A stretch of DNA of 64,000 bases from an uncultured delta proteobacterium (lineage in GTDB: Bacteria > Desulfobacterota > Binatia > UBA9968), in NCBI GenBank assembly GCA_963804165.1, contig CAWDPO010000023.1, positions 128,001 to 192,000 of the forward strand. The letters are read 5' to 3'. Within the stretch, counting starts at the first letter, position 1, and each line of letters starts with the position of its first letter. The translations under genes were made by a program, and so were the position numbers. The notes beneath the pieces were generated by a model that saw only the letters and a list, made by a program, of their open reading frames with translations, had not been told where the DNA came from and did no database searches. Shown here one piece after another: positions 1 to 9,233 of this stretch.

Positions 1-1
1 G

Positions 2-598
2 ACATTCGACGCCTTGAGAAACGCCAAGACACCGGTGAAGCTCGGCGGCGTCGCGCCGGGCGATACGACGTATAACACCGCGAAGCTGCTGATCGCGTCG
101 CTCAAGCTGCCGATTCAGCTCGTCGCCGGTTACAAAGGCACGGCTGAAGTTCGCCTCGCCGCCGAGGCGGGCGAAGTGGCGGGCGGTTGCTGGCAGTGGG
201 AGTCGATAAAGTCGATATGGCGTCAGGGACTCGACTCGGGCAATGTTTTCATCGCCCTGCAGGTCAATGCGAAACCGCATCCCGAGTTAGCCAAAGTGGC
301 AAATGCGATCGACTACGCGCCCAATGAAAACGGCAAACTCCTGCTCAAGTTCGGCGGCCACGACCCCGCCGCGATTACCAGGCCTTACGCTTTGGCGCCC
401 GGGACCCCGAAGGATCGTGTGCAGCTATTACGCACGGCATTCGTCGAAACTCTCAAGGATCCTGAGTTCATGGCGGATGCGAAGAAATCGCGTCTCGATA
501 CTGATCCATTGACCGGCGAAGAGATCGAAAAAATCGTTTTACAATTACTCAAGATGGATGCGACGCTGGTGAGCCAACTGAAAGAGATTCTAAAATAG
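2..598 (+). CDS. Tripartite tricarboxylate transporter substrate-binding protein (TctC/Bug family), 5' truncated by window edge
   Basis: GYKGTAEVRLA, CWQWES and RPYALAPGTPKDRV...DPEF motifs; paralog of the downstream gene. Confidence 0.85.
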   Translation, partial: TFDALRNAKTPVKLGGVAPGDTTYNTAKLLIASLKLPIQLVAGYKGTAEVRLAAEAGEVAGGCWQWESIKSIWRQGLDSGNVFIALQVNAKPHPELAKVANAIDYAPNENGKLLLKFGGHDPAAITRPYALAPGTPKDRVQLLRTAFVETLKDPEFMADAKKSRLDTDPLTGEEIEKIVLQLLKMDATLVSQLKEILK

Positions 599-644
599 GC
601 CGTCTAATGCTATGAAGTTTGGCATTCAGTATTAAGGAGAAAAC

Positions 645-1670
645 ATGCCACACGCCGGATCAAAGATATCGGCACTTGTGTTTCTGGTTCTCGGCCTATG
701 GGCGGCCTCCGTGTCTGCGCAGGACGGCTTCTTTAAGGGCAAGACCGTCAGGATTATCGTCGGTGCTTCAGCCGGGGGCGGTTACGACACCTATTCTCGC
801 GCCATCGCCCGGCACATGGGCAAACACATACCCGGCAACCCGGCCATTGTCGTCGACAACATGCCCGGCGCGGGATTTCTGATCTCGGCGAACTACATGT
901 ATAAAATCGCCAAGCCGGATGGCTTGACGATCGGTCATTTTATTGGAGGTCTTTTCCTCCAGCAACTACTCGGCAAGCCGGGTATAGAGTTCGACGCGCG
1001 CAAATTTGAATACATGGGAGTACCAGCGCAGGACAACTATATGCTCGCCGTGCACAAGAGCACCGGCATCACCAGCATCGATCAATGGCTGTCGTCGAAA
1101 ACCGTGGTTAAGCTGGGCGGCGTTGGTGTCGGTTCTGCTACCGACGATATTCCAAAGGTTCTAGGCGCTGCGATCGGCCTGCCGTTTCAGTTGGTCTCAG
1201 GTTATAAAGGCACTGCCGACGTTCGGCTGGCGTTTAACAGTCAAGAAATTCTCGGCGTCTGCAATTCGTGGGAATCATTCAAGGCCACCTGGAGCAAGGA
1301 GATTTCCTCAGGAGAAGCGATCGTCGTTTTGCAAAACGTCGCTAAACAGCACCCGGACCAACCGAAGATACCGCTGGCGATCAATTACGCCAAGACCGAA
1401 GAAGGGCAAAAACTTGTGCGCGCTTTGGTCCATAGTGTCGGCCCGACGGCGCGGCCTTACGTCTTACCTCCCGGCACCCCGAAAGACCGCGTGCAGATCT
1501 TGCGCAAAGCCTTCATCGACACCGTGAAAGACCCCGAATTTCTCGCGGATGCCGGCAAGGCGAAACTCGACATCAACCCACTCGACGGCGCTGAGCTGGA
1601 GAAAAACGTGAGAGAGGTTTTTAATCTCGACCCCAAGCTGATTCCACGCGCGAAGGAAATATTGAAATGA
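645..1670 (+). CDS. TctC/Bug family substrate-binding protein
   Basis: Signal peptide, FFKGKTVRIIVG-GGGYDTYSR, NMPGAG, RPYVLPPGTP; AAGGAG RBS. Confidence 0.9.
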   Translation: MPHAGSKISALVFLVLGLWAASVSAQDGFFKGKTVRIIVGASAGGGYDTYSRAIARHMGKHIPGNPAIVVDNMPGAGFLISANYMYKIAKPDGLTIGHFIGGLFLQQLLGKPGIEFDARKFEYMGVPAQDNYMLAVHKSTGITSIDQWLSSKTVVKLGGVGVGSATDDIPKVLGAAIGLPFQLVSGYKGTADVRLAFNSQEILGVCNSWESFKATWSKEISSGEAIVVLQNVAKQHPDQPKIPLAINYAKTEEGQKLVRALVHSVGPTARPYVLPPGTPKDRVQILRKAFIDTVKDPEFLADAGKAKLDINPLDGAELEKNVREVFNLDPKLIPRAKEILK

Positions 1671-1721
1671 CCGTATCGATGGGACGGTCATCCTGAACAA
1701 AATTAGGATGTCGCGAAAGAT

Positions 1722-1803
1722 TTGGAGTATCGGGATATTGGACTTAATGGAGTGATGAAAATTTCCAACTCTCCTGCTCGCCGTCACTCCATATTCCCAA
1801 TCC
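1722..1803. repeat. Intergenic imperfect inverted repeat made of degenerate GGAGTRA/TCACTCC units
   Basis: ttggagtat...atggagtgatg on the left arm, tcactccatattcccaa on the right arm; similar units at 11925-11953. Confidence 0.45.
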
Positions 1804-2367
1804 GCTAAGGCCGGCAATTAGTCGTCATCGCCTCGATAGTGGAGCAGTGTTACGAGTTCTCGTCGAAGAATTTGACGGAGAAGAGTTAGTGGACTTGGGC
1901 AAGCCTGGCACCCCAAATCCTGTGGGCGAAGTACTTTTCGAGGCGCCACGACGATCGGGATTCCTGCCAAGTATGCTACGGAATATGCACGATCGTTAAG
2001 TACAAGGCGGACTTGAACCGGGGCCGAAAGCATGAATAGAGCGTTGAGAGCCGCAGGAATTCGAAAAGAGGAGTTCGAGCAGGTGAAGACCGAGAGCGCG
2101 ATGGGGCTGGATAGATTTGCGTGAAGCGAAAAAGAGCCTTGCTCGCCTCACCATGCATTCCTTGTAACAGTGAGAGCCTTTCACGATTGGCTAGATTAGA
2201 AAGGCTGACCCCGGGCGTGTCTCTAACTTGCAAAACGTTGCTATCCATAAGGCCCACGCCAAGATCGAGACGCTGTGTAACGACTTGGGAATCGAAAGAT
2301 TGTAATGACTGGTTATGTGAGACCCGGCGCCTTTCCGCCCCTCACGATTGTACGATTCTGATTCCCT

Positions 2368-2516
2368 TTACCGCGTTTTTTCACTTAAGTATTCTGTCAG
2401 TTGTTTTCTGGCTTCCGGAAATCGCTCATGGCTTGTTGCCCCGCTAGACAAGAGCTGAGCTGTTACCTCGGTTCTTGCTACTGGCCAACCGAGAACTGCA
2501 ATAACGCTACGTTCAA
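2368..2516 (-). pseudogene. 3' end (last 47 codons) of the IS5-interrupted ApeA-like HEPN gene
   Basis: Removing IS 2517-3703 plus one TCAA copy joins ...NLKWVLE in frame to RSVIAVLGWPVARTEV...EKTR*. Confidence 0.85.
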
Positions 2517-3703
2517 GGAACCTCTGAATAACTACGTTATTTGGAAGGGGGCGATTATTTAAAACTGTTTCATGTTGACTAAGCGGCTCGGTGATTACAT
2601 CGGATGGGGTTTGCCTCGATTTCTTGGCCACTCAATGCGTTTGTGGACGGCCCAAGCTCCTCCCCATCGGACTACGCCAACAAAGCACGGCGCACTCGAT
2701 ACAGATTGGCCAGCGCAAACAGCGTGTAGATCTGTGCCGCGTTTTTCTTCAATCCCCGATACCGGGTCTTGATGTAGCCGAACTGGCGCTTGACCACCCG
2801 AAACGGATGCTCCACCTTGGCCCGTATACTGGACAGTTTTCTGTTTCTGCGCCGCTGCTTATGGCTCAAGCTCTTTTTGCTCTTGGCCTTGTCCAACACG
2901 CCCCAGAATAGTCCCGTCTTTCTCGCTGAGCGCTTATCCTGGTCGCTGAAGTAACCCTTGTCGGCAAACACCGCTTGCTCTTCTCCATGAAGGAGCGCTT
3001 CCATCTCCTGCTTGTCATGCACACTGGCCGTGGTCACTTTGACCGTGTGCACCAAACCGCTCTGACTGTCCGTTCCCGTGTGCACCTTCATGCCGAAGTG
3101 GTAGTTGTTGCCCTTCTTGGTCGAACTCATCTCCCCGTCGCGTTTCTTGTCCTTGTTCTTGGTCGAGGACGGCGCACCGATCAGCGTGGCGTCTACGATC
3201 GTGCCTTGTCTGAGCAAAAGCCTTTTCTCGCTCAAATACCCGTTGACCTCTTCCAACAGCTTCTCGGTTAACTGGTGCTTTTCCAGTAAGTGGCGAAAGT
3301 TTAAAATCGTGGTCTCATCGGGAATTTCTTCTTCCCCCAACTCTATCCCGGCAAATCGCCGCACCGACTCGATGTCGTACAACGCTTCTTCCATCCCGGG
3401 ATCGGACAACCCGTACCACTGCTGCACAAAGTATATCCGTAGCATCCGTTCCAACGGCATCGGTCGCCGTCCACTGCCGGCTTTGGGATAGTGCGCTTCG
3501 ATCAACGCCAGCAATTTCTCCCACGGCACCACTTGATCCATCTCAGACAAAAACTTCTCTCGCTTGGTCTGCTTTTTCTTTCCCGCCCACGCTAAACTCG
3601 CAAACGTTGTCTGCTCCTTCAATCTGTTTCCTCCTCTACCATTGTCGGTCTTGCTGCTTTTCGATATTAGACGACATTACTGAAGGGCTTGTTCAGAGAT
3701 TCC
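2517..3703 (-). mobile_element. IS5-family insertion sequence, complete (1187 bp)
   Basis: Terminal IRs GGAACCTCTGAATAAC (2517-2532) and GGAATCTCTGAACAAG (3703-3688); 4-bp target duplication TCAA at 2513-2516 and 3704-3707; internal transposase. Confidence 0.95.
2672..3622 (-). CDS. IS5 family DDE transposase
   Basis: TKREKFLSEMD-VVPW, PDETTILNFRHLLE, VDATLI, ADKGY and RAKVEHPFRVVK motifs; intact 316 aa. Confidence 0.95.
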   Translation of the reverse strand: MKEQTTFASLAWAGKKKQTKREKFLSEMDQVVPWEKLLALIEAHYPKAGSGRRPMPLERMLRIYFVQQWYGLSDPGMEEALYDIESVRRFAGIELGEEEIPDETTILNFRHLLEKHQLTEKLLEEVNGYLSEKRLLLRQGTIVDATLIGAPSSTKNKDKKRDGEMSSTKKGNNYHFGMKVHTGTDSQSGLVHTVKVTTASVHDKQEMEALLHGEEQAVFADKGYFSDQDKRSARKTGLFWGVLDKAKSKKSLSHKQRRRNRKLSSIRAKVEHPFRVVKRQFGYIKTRYRGLKKNAAQIYTLFALANLYRVRRALLA

Positions 3704-5043
3704 TCAAGTACCCATTTTAAATTATCCCGTGCAACCGACAACGCAGTTATCATACGATCGGGGAATCGCTCACCATGAATAAGTTTATTGCGAACATTGG
3801 ATAATCCGATACCGTCTGAGTTAGGAAAAAGCGGCCACAAGTCTGACAACTCAATCGCGTAATCAGAACAAAAACGCTCGAAGGCATGCTGCAATGGTAT
3901 TCTATTGAGTTCGGCTAATTTCGAGTAGAGCAAAGCTCGGTCACTTTTTTCGATTGTCGGATCGACGGAGTTCTTGATAGCGCTTCGAATCGACCTGCTT
4001 ATCTTATTCCAGGCATCCTTTTCTGAAATGATGAATTCTAGTCGATTCCTTATTCGGTAATCGAGAAGTAGCTCCTCGAAGCCGGCGAAGAGGGACAAGA
4101 AAGATGACTCCAACGTCTGGTGCCTATTCGGAACCAAGGGCTGGATGCAGCCTTTGAGAGACGCTTTGCTTGGGTGGTTATTAAATCGGTCCCAGCAATT
4201 CGACAAAAACTCTTCAAAGTCACCGAGCGAAACTAATCCATAATTTATAGAAGGTTCTTGAGTGCCTGTGGGGAAATTCAAGTTACCCCTATAATATCTT
4301 GTATAGGTTTTGCCATCGGACGCTGACCACCCTATGCATGCGGTACGCGTTCTCGATCCTAGACCAGCAATCCATAAGAAATCATCGACGATTGGCAAGA
4401 TAGATGTATTAAATTCGTCTACTCCATCAGCTGACAATTTTCGGTCCATATATGCGACGAGAGTTGACCACTGTAACCGGTCACCGTTCGGAAGGGTTTT
4501 GTGTCTATACTCCCTATCGAAATCAAGTCGGATATCAGGAGTTAAATTCAGCCGAAGCTGACTTACCCTTTCCACTTCAACATTGCCTGTATAATGAGAC
4601 TTAGCAATGATCGCTGGCTGGAGCATAGTGTTTGGACTTACCCAGAGGGAAAATCGGGTGCTATCGGAAGTGCTGCCCTGTGTAGAATCTCCTAAGTATT
4701 GCACGACGCGAAGATCGTTTGGTTCTCCGGTGAATGTGCAGTCGTAAAGATTGGGACCCCACGCCGTTTCTCGCATATTTTCAAAATACACGTCTGGCGC
4801 TGAGATCTCGGCCGTTAGTCTTCCAAAGTAATCAAATGTCTTAGCTTTAAAGCCAGCCCGCCAAAATATAGATACCTGCTGCCACTGTTCGTGATTCGGT
4901 TTGAAGTCAAGTCGCGGCTTTGTGAGTGGATGCTCAGGAAGGTAAATTTTACAAGGAATATCGCTAAGCTCATAACCGCCTTTTGTTATCGTTGATTGAA
5001 CAAAAAAGTCTTCCTTTGTTTCGTTTTCTTGATTTTTTTCCAT
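3704..5043 (-). pseudogene. ApeA-like protein (beta-rich N-terminal region plus C-terminal HEPN RNase), interrupted by IS5
   Basis: F..FEELL helix then the HEPN RxxxxH motif (RNKLIH); the listed 458-aa ORF ends in 11 IS-derived residues; reconstructed length 494 aa. Confidence 0.7.
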
Positions 5044-5196
5044 TTGTCAGTGGCTGTGTGTCTTAGTTATTTTCCAGAGCAGACAACAGTGGGCAGACTT
5101 CCAGGACTCAATTATCTTTGTTGATTTGTCAAAATCTAACCTACCGCTGATCCAATTCCCAGTTCTGAGCAGCGTTTGGTTTGCGAGCGGGGCAGT

Positions 5197-6052
5197 TCAA
5201 ATCAACTTCGAAAGTTTATTGGGGCGCCGCGGTGCACTGCCTTTAAAGTTCGTCCAGCCACCGCTTCCACAGATGAAATCAGGTCCGTATTGAACCAACC
5301 GATCGATCGCAGGATTGAAATACTTGAAGGTTATTTGGTGGCGGTTTGGATGGTTCGCTACGATGAGATATCCTCCGTCGTTGGCCGGAACCGCCTTTTT
5401 CGGTATCGTTACACAAAGAAGATTAGCACCCACTCTTGCATCAGTCCGAGCCACGTCCAAAATCGTCTGGACAAGCATGTCCAGAACCGTATTTGGGGAC
5501 ATGTTTTCGAGAGAGCGCGACGTATCAATCTTTTAAGCTTTGACTTACGTTCTGCGCCAATTGGAACACCGCTTTCCGTTAGGAAAAAAGGTTCGCTGCA
5601 ATCTAAGATACGGACTCGCTCAATAAACTTATCTTCCACTCTGGCAGTCCAAAGACCATTCGCATCGAGGGCGTTCGACATCTTACATACGAAGCCGCAG
5701 GCCGTCAGTTTCAGATACACTGAACCATCCAACCGCTACAAACGCGTGATGCCTAACTTCGCGTCGATATTCCCTCAGCGCGTCCGACGCAGCAGAACAT
5801 AACGCGTCAAAGGCAGCAGCCGGCTGACGGCATGCGTTTCCTTTAAAACCTTCCCTATCCATTTGTCAGTAGCTATTCTTCCTATATACGCTAAGCCCGT
5901 GTAGGCAAAACATGAACTTCCACATAAGCAGACGAGTTTGTTTGTGTCATCATCATACAATTCACCCGCCTTAGGTCCCTCGCATACGTTAGACGGCGAT
6001 CGGCTACCTGCATCGCTAGTTCGTCAGTTATGAGACTAAGTATCAAAGTCAC
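5197..6052 (-). CDS. Proteasome-beta/HslV-like Ntn-hydrolase-fold protein, about 285 aa, broken by about 4 frameshifts
   Basis: GTG at 6052 gives (M)TLILSLITDELAMQVADRRLT (T1, D17, R19); continues via ORF pieces 5775-5960, 5409-5732 and 5197-5502 (NKL...YTGLA, ...DARVG). Confidence 0.6.
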
Positions 6053-7792
6053 AAGCGAGATCCTGCAAACTACCCTTCAGCGCTTCGTGCAGAACGGCTT
6101 CAAGTAGGCAGCGGCTTTCGGTTTGGCTGGTGGTTAGCTGCGCTTCCAGCCGGTCGCACAGGGCCATCAGTTCGTCCACTTTGGCGACGATGCGGTGTTG
6201 CTCGGCGAGGGGTGGAATTCCAATTACCAAGTTGAACAGGATGGATTGATTTAGGTTCTGCATGGTTATGCCGATGGCCGAACCTCCAAGATATTTTCGA
6301 ACAAATGGACTACCGATAACGGTGACAAGAAAACGCGGACAGAGACAATCTGGAAGTCGAAGAATCAGAGAGCCGGTACCACATAACCAACCATCCTCTT
6401 TCTGAGTAACAACTGCGCATCTGCCCATCTCGCCACGACGGCCCATTATGATGTCGCCCGCATGAAGTTTAAATGTTCCAAGCCTCTTCACAGTCGCTGC
6501 TCCTACGGCCATGCCTTCGATCGGGACCAAGCGTTCGTTCTTGATAGACGCCGGATTTATCACGGGAACTCCGCCCAACTGATAGTCGCTCTGATGTAGC
6601 GAGCTCCCAAAGGGACCCGTTTGTAGTTCAAGGAGAATTTGACTGATGCGTGCCGCGGCCCATCCCGGCATTAGTTCGAACTCAAGTTCGTCAGGTTCAG
6701 CACAGGTAATGGTTTCGTTTTGCCAATTTCTCCTTTCCTCATGAGGCCTTCCTTTATTGCCAGAATCTTATTAAGTACGACTGACGCCGGTTCGTCGTTG
6801 GGATCTTGCGGGACGAGTTTGCCGCGGACGGCGAGGTTGAGGATGGTTTGCCGGAGTTGTTGGATGTGTTCGGGGCGCGTGATGAGGCGCGGGAGGTGAC
6901 TGAGGTGGAATCGGGCATGCTCGCGAAACTCGTCGGCATCCGCGCCGTTGTTCAGCCGATGCAGGGACGCCGCGGCCAGCTTATCCCGCCGGCTCTCCCG
7001 CTCCGCCTGCGCTGCCTCCAACCGATCACACAGCGCCATCAATTCATCCACTTTGGCGACGATGCGGTGTTGTTCGGCGAGCGGCGGAAGCGGAAACAGA
7101 GCTGGATGCCATTCGTTTCAGAGTAACGCCGGGTAATAGCAGCTCCCTTCAAAAAGCCGCGCATTTGGTCGTAAAAGAATGTGAACGAGGAACTCAACGA
7201 GATAGCCGGTTAAAAACGATGCTCGGAATTTCAGTACGCAACACTCGACAGCATCTGAAAGGCTCATCGACAATATCGTCGACAGTCAACAATCCCGGTC
7301 GTTGCTCCGTCCTTTATGTAAAGAATGTCTCCTTTAGTTGCGATCAGCACGTCGTATATTTCACTCGTGAATATCCGCTGCTATGTACGTGATATCTGTA
7401 AGGTGATACACCGTCCGGTTTGATATTTTTTGCCGTAATATACTTGAATGCGCCATCGGCCCATTGACGGAGAATGGTGAGTTCCGTTCGTCAATGTTAA
7501 CGAGAAGGTCAATCAATCGCACCCATTTCCAGCTTTAGGCAGAACAAATGGCTCATCGTAGGTCGCTAATGAGATGAAGATTCCGTGAGCTCTAATCTTC
7601 CCCTCACTGATCAATCGCGTTTTCTCTGCTTTAACTCGCTTTAACAGTTCTGATGCCGGCTCATCATTCGGATCTTGCTCGACCAGCTTTCCCCGCACAG
7701 CGAGATCAAGAATGAAGCGCGCGCAGGCGCGGGATGGCGTCGGGCGCGTCGCTGATACGGTCGAAGTGGTCGAGGACTTGCGCGGTGTTCAT
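6036..7792 (-). CDS. hsdS: Type I R-M specificity subunit, two TRDs, frameshifted in this sequence
   Basis: LAVRGKLVxQDPNDEPAS and PPLAEQHRIVAKVDELMALCDRLEA each occur twice; GPFGSSL TRD; ATGA overlap with hsdM. Confidence 0.9.
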
Positions 7793-9228
7793 CGCAGGAG
7801 GGCTTCTTCGAGGATTGCCTTGAGCTGGTCGCGCAATATGGCGGTTTCCTTCTCGGACTCGTCCAGCTTGGCCAGGAGTTCTTCGGGGTCGCCGTGATCA
7901 TCTGCGATGACGTGCGGGTTTTTGAAGTCGAGGTTGTAGTTGCGGGCTTTCACTTCATCGATCGTGACTTTCCACGCGACTTCGTTTTCTTCGCGCTTGT
8001 CCCACCAGTCGATGCAGGGCTTGAAATATTCGAAGCGGATCGGCTTCGTCATCGAATAAGCTTTTTGTCCGGCAACGACTTGGTGCTCGTAGAACCAGAT
8101 TTCCTTAGTCGGCTCGCCTTTCACGAAGAACAGCAGGTTGGTTCCAATCGAGGCGTAGGGTTTAAAGACACTGTTGGGCAGACGGACGATCGTGTGGAGA
8201 TTACACTCGTCCAGCAAGTGTTCCTTGAGCCGCGTCTTGATGCCCTCGCCAAAGAGACTGCCGTCCGGCAGAACCACGGCGGCGCGTCCACCTGTCCTGA
8301 GCAGGCGAACGATGAGCGCCAGAAACAGGTCGGCGGTCTCTCGCGTCTGGAAATGTTTGGGGAAGTTGCTTTCGATACCGTCTTCCTCGCGTCCGCCGAA
8401 GGGCGGATTGGTAAGGACGATGTCGACTCGATCGGATTGCGTGTAGCTGATGTACGGCCGCGCCAGCGTGTTGTCGTGGCGGACAAATGACGGATCGTCG
8501 ATGTCGTGAAGCAGCATGTTGGTGACGCAGAGCATGTGCGGCAGTTGCTTTTTCTCTGTGGCGCGGAGCGCCTGCTGCATCTTCTGTTCGTCGGCCGGCG
8601 TCTTCACGTAGCGCTCGCGCATATGACGGATGGCGCAGGTGAGAAAGCCGCCGGTGCCGCAGGCCGAATCGAACAGAATCTCGCCAGGGTGAGGATCGAG
8701 ACGATCGGCCATGAAAGCCGTAACAGCCCGCGGAGTGTAGTATTCGCCCGCGTTGCCGGCGCTCTGCAGATCGTTCAAAATCTGTTCGTAGATGTCGCCG
8801 AAGTGCTGGCGCTCGGCAAGGTTGTTAAAGTCGACGGCGGTTATCTTGTTGATCACCTGGCGCATGAGCTGGCCGGACTTCATGTAGTTGTAGGCGTCCT
8901 CGAACACCTCACGCACCACGCGGCGCCGGCCTTCTTTGCCGGTAACCGGCAATTCTTTCAGCGCCGGGAACATCGCTCCGTTGATGAACGCCATCAGAGC
9001 GTCGCCTGTCATGCCCTCAGGATCGGCGGCCCAATTGCGCCACTGAAACTTTTCCGGAATGGGGGAACGGTAGTCATCCTGCATCAGCTCCAGTTCGTGA
9101 TCCTGGTCGTCGATAATCTTGAGAAAGAACATCCAGCAGAGTTGGGAGATGCGCTGGGCGTCGCCATCGACGCCGACATCCTGGCGCATGATGTCTTGAA
9201 TGGATTTAACTGTGTTGCGAACGGACAT
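7789..9228 (-). CDS. hsdM: Type I R-M m6A methyltransferase
   Basis: MSVRNTVKSIQDIMRQD start, GEYYTPR, D.ACGTGGFL, NPPF motif IV. Confidence 0.95.
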   Translation of the reverse strand: MSVRNTVKSIQDIMRQDVGVDGDAQRISQLCWMFFLKIIDDQDHELELMQDDYRSPIPEKFQWRNWAADPEGMTGDALMAFINGAMFPALKELPVTGKEGRRRVVREVFEDAYNYMKSGQLMRQVINKITAVDFNNLAERQHFGDIYEQILNDLQSAGNAGEYYTPRAVTAFMADRLDPHPGEILFDSACGTGGFLTCAIRHMRERYVKTPADEQKMQQALRATEKKQLPHMLCVTNMLLHDIDDPSFVRHDNTLARPYISYTQSDRVDIVLTNPPFGGREEDGIESNFPKHFQTRETADLFLALIVRLLRTGGRAAVVLPDGSLFGEGIKTRLKEHLLDECNLHTIVRLPNSVFKPYASIGTNLLFFVKGEPTKEIWFYEHQVVAGQKAYSMTKPIRFEYFKPCIDWWDKREENEVAWKVTIDEVKARNYNLDFKNPHVIADDHGDPEELLAKLDESEKETAILRDQLKAILEEALLR

Positions 9229-9233
9229 AGAAA

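Noticed and set aside
1810-2360. Short ORFs on both strands downstream of the HEPN gene
   Set aside because: No recognisable motif or consistent frame; a gene call cannot be supported.
5197-6052. Ntn protein as the missing Anbu peptidase of the ATP-grasp/transglutaminase system
   Set aside because: It lies 46 kb away in an AT-richer R-M island and lacks the MTYC...DSRTNAG signature typical of Anbu.
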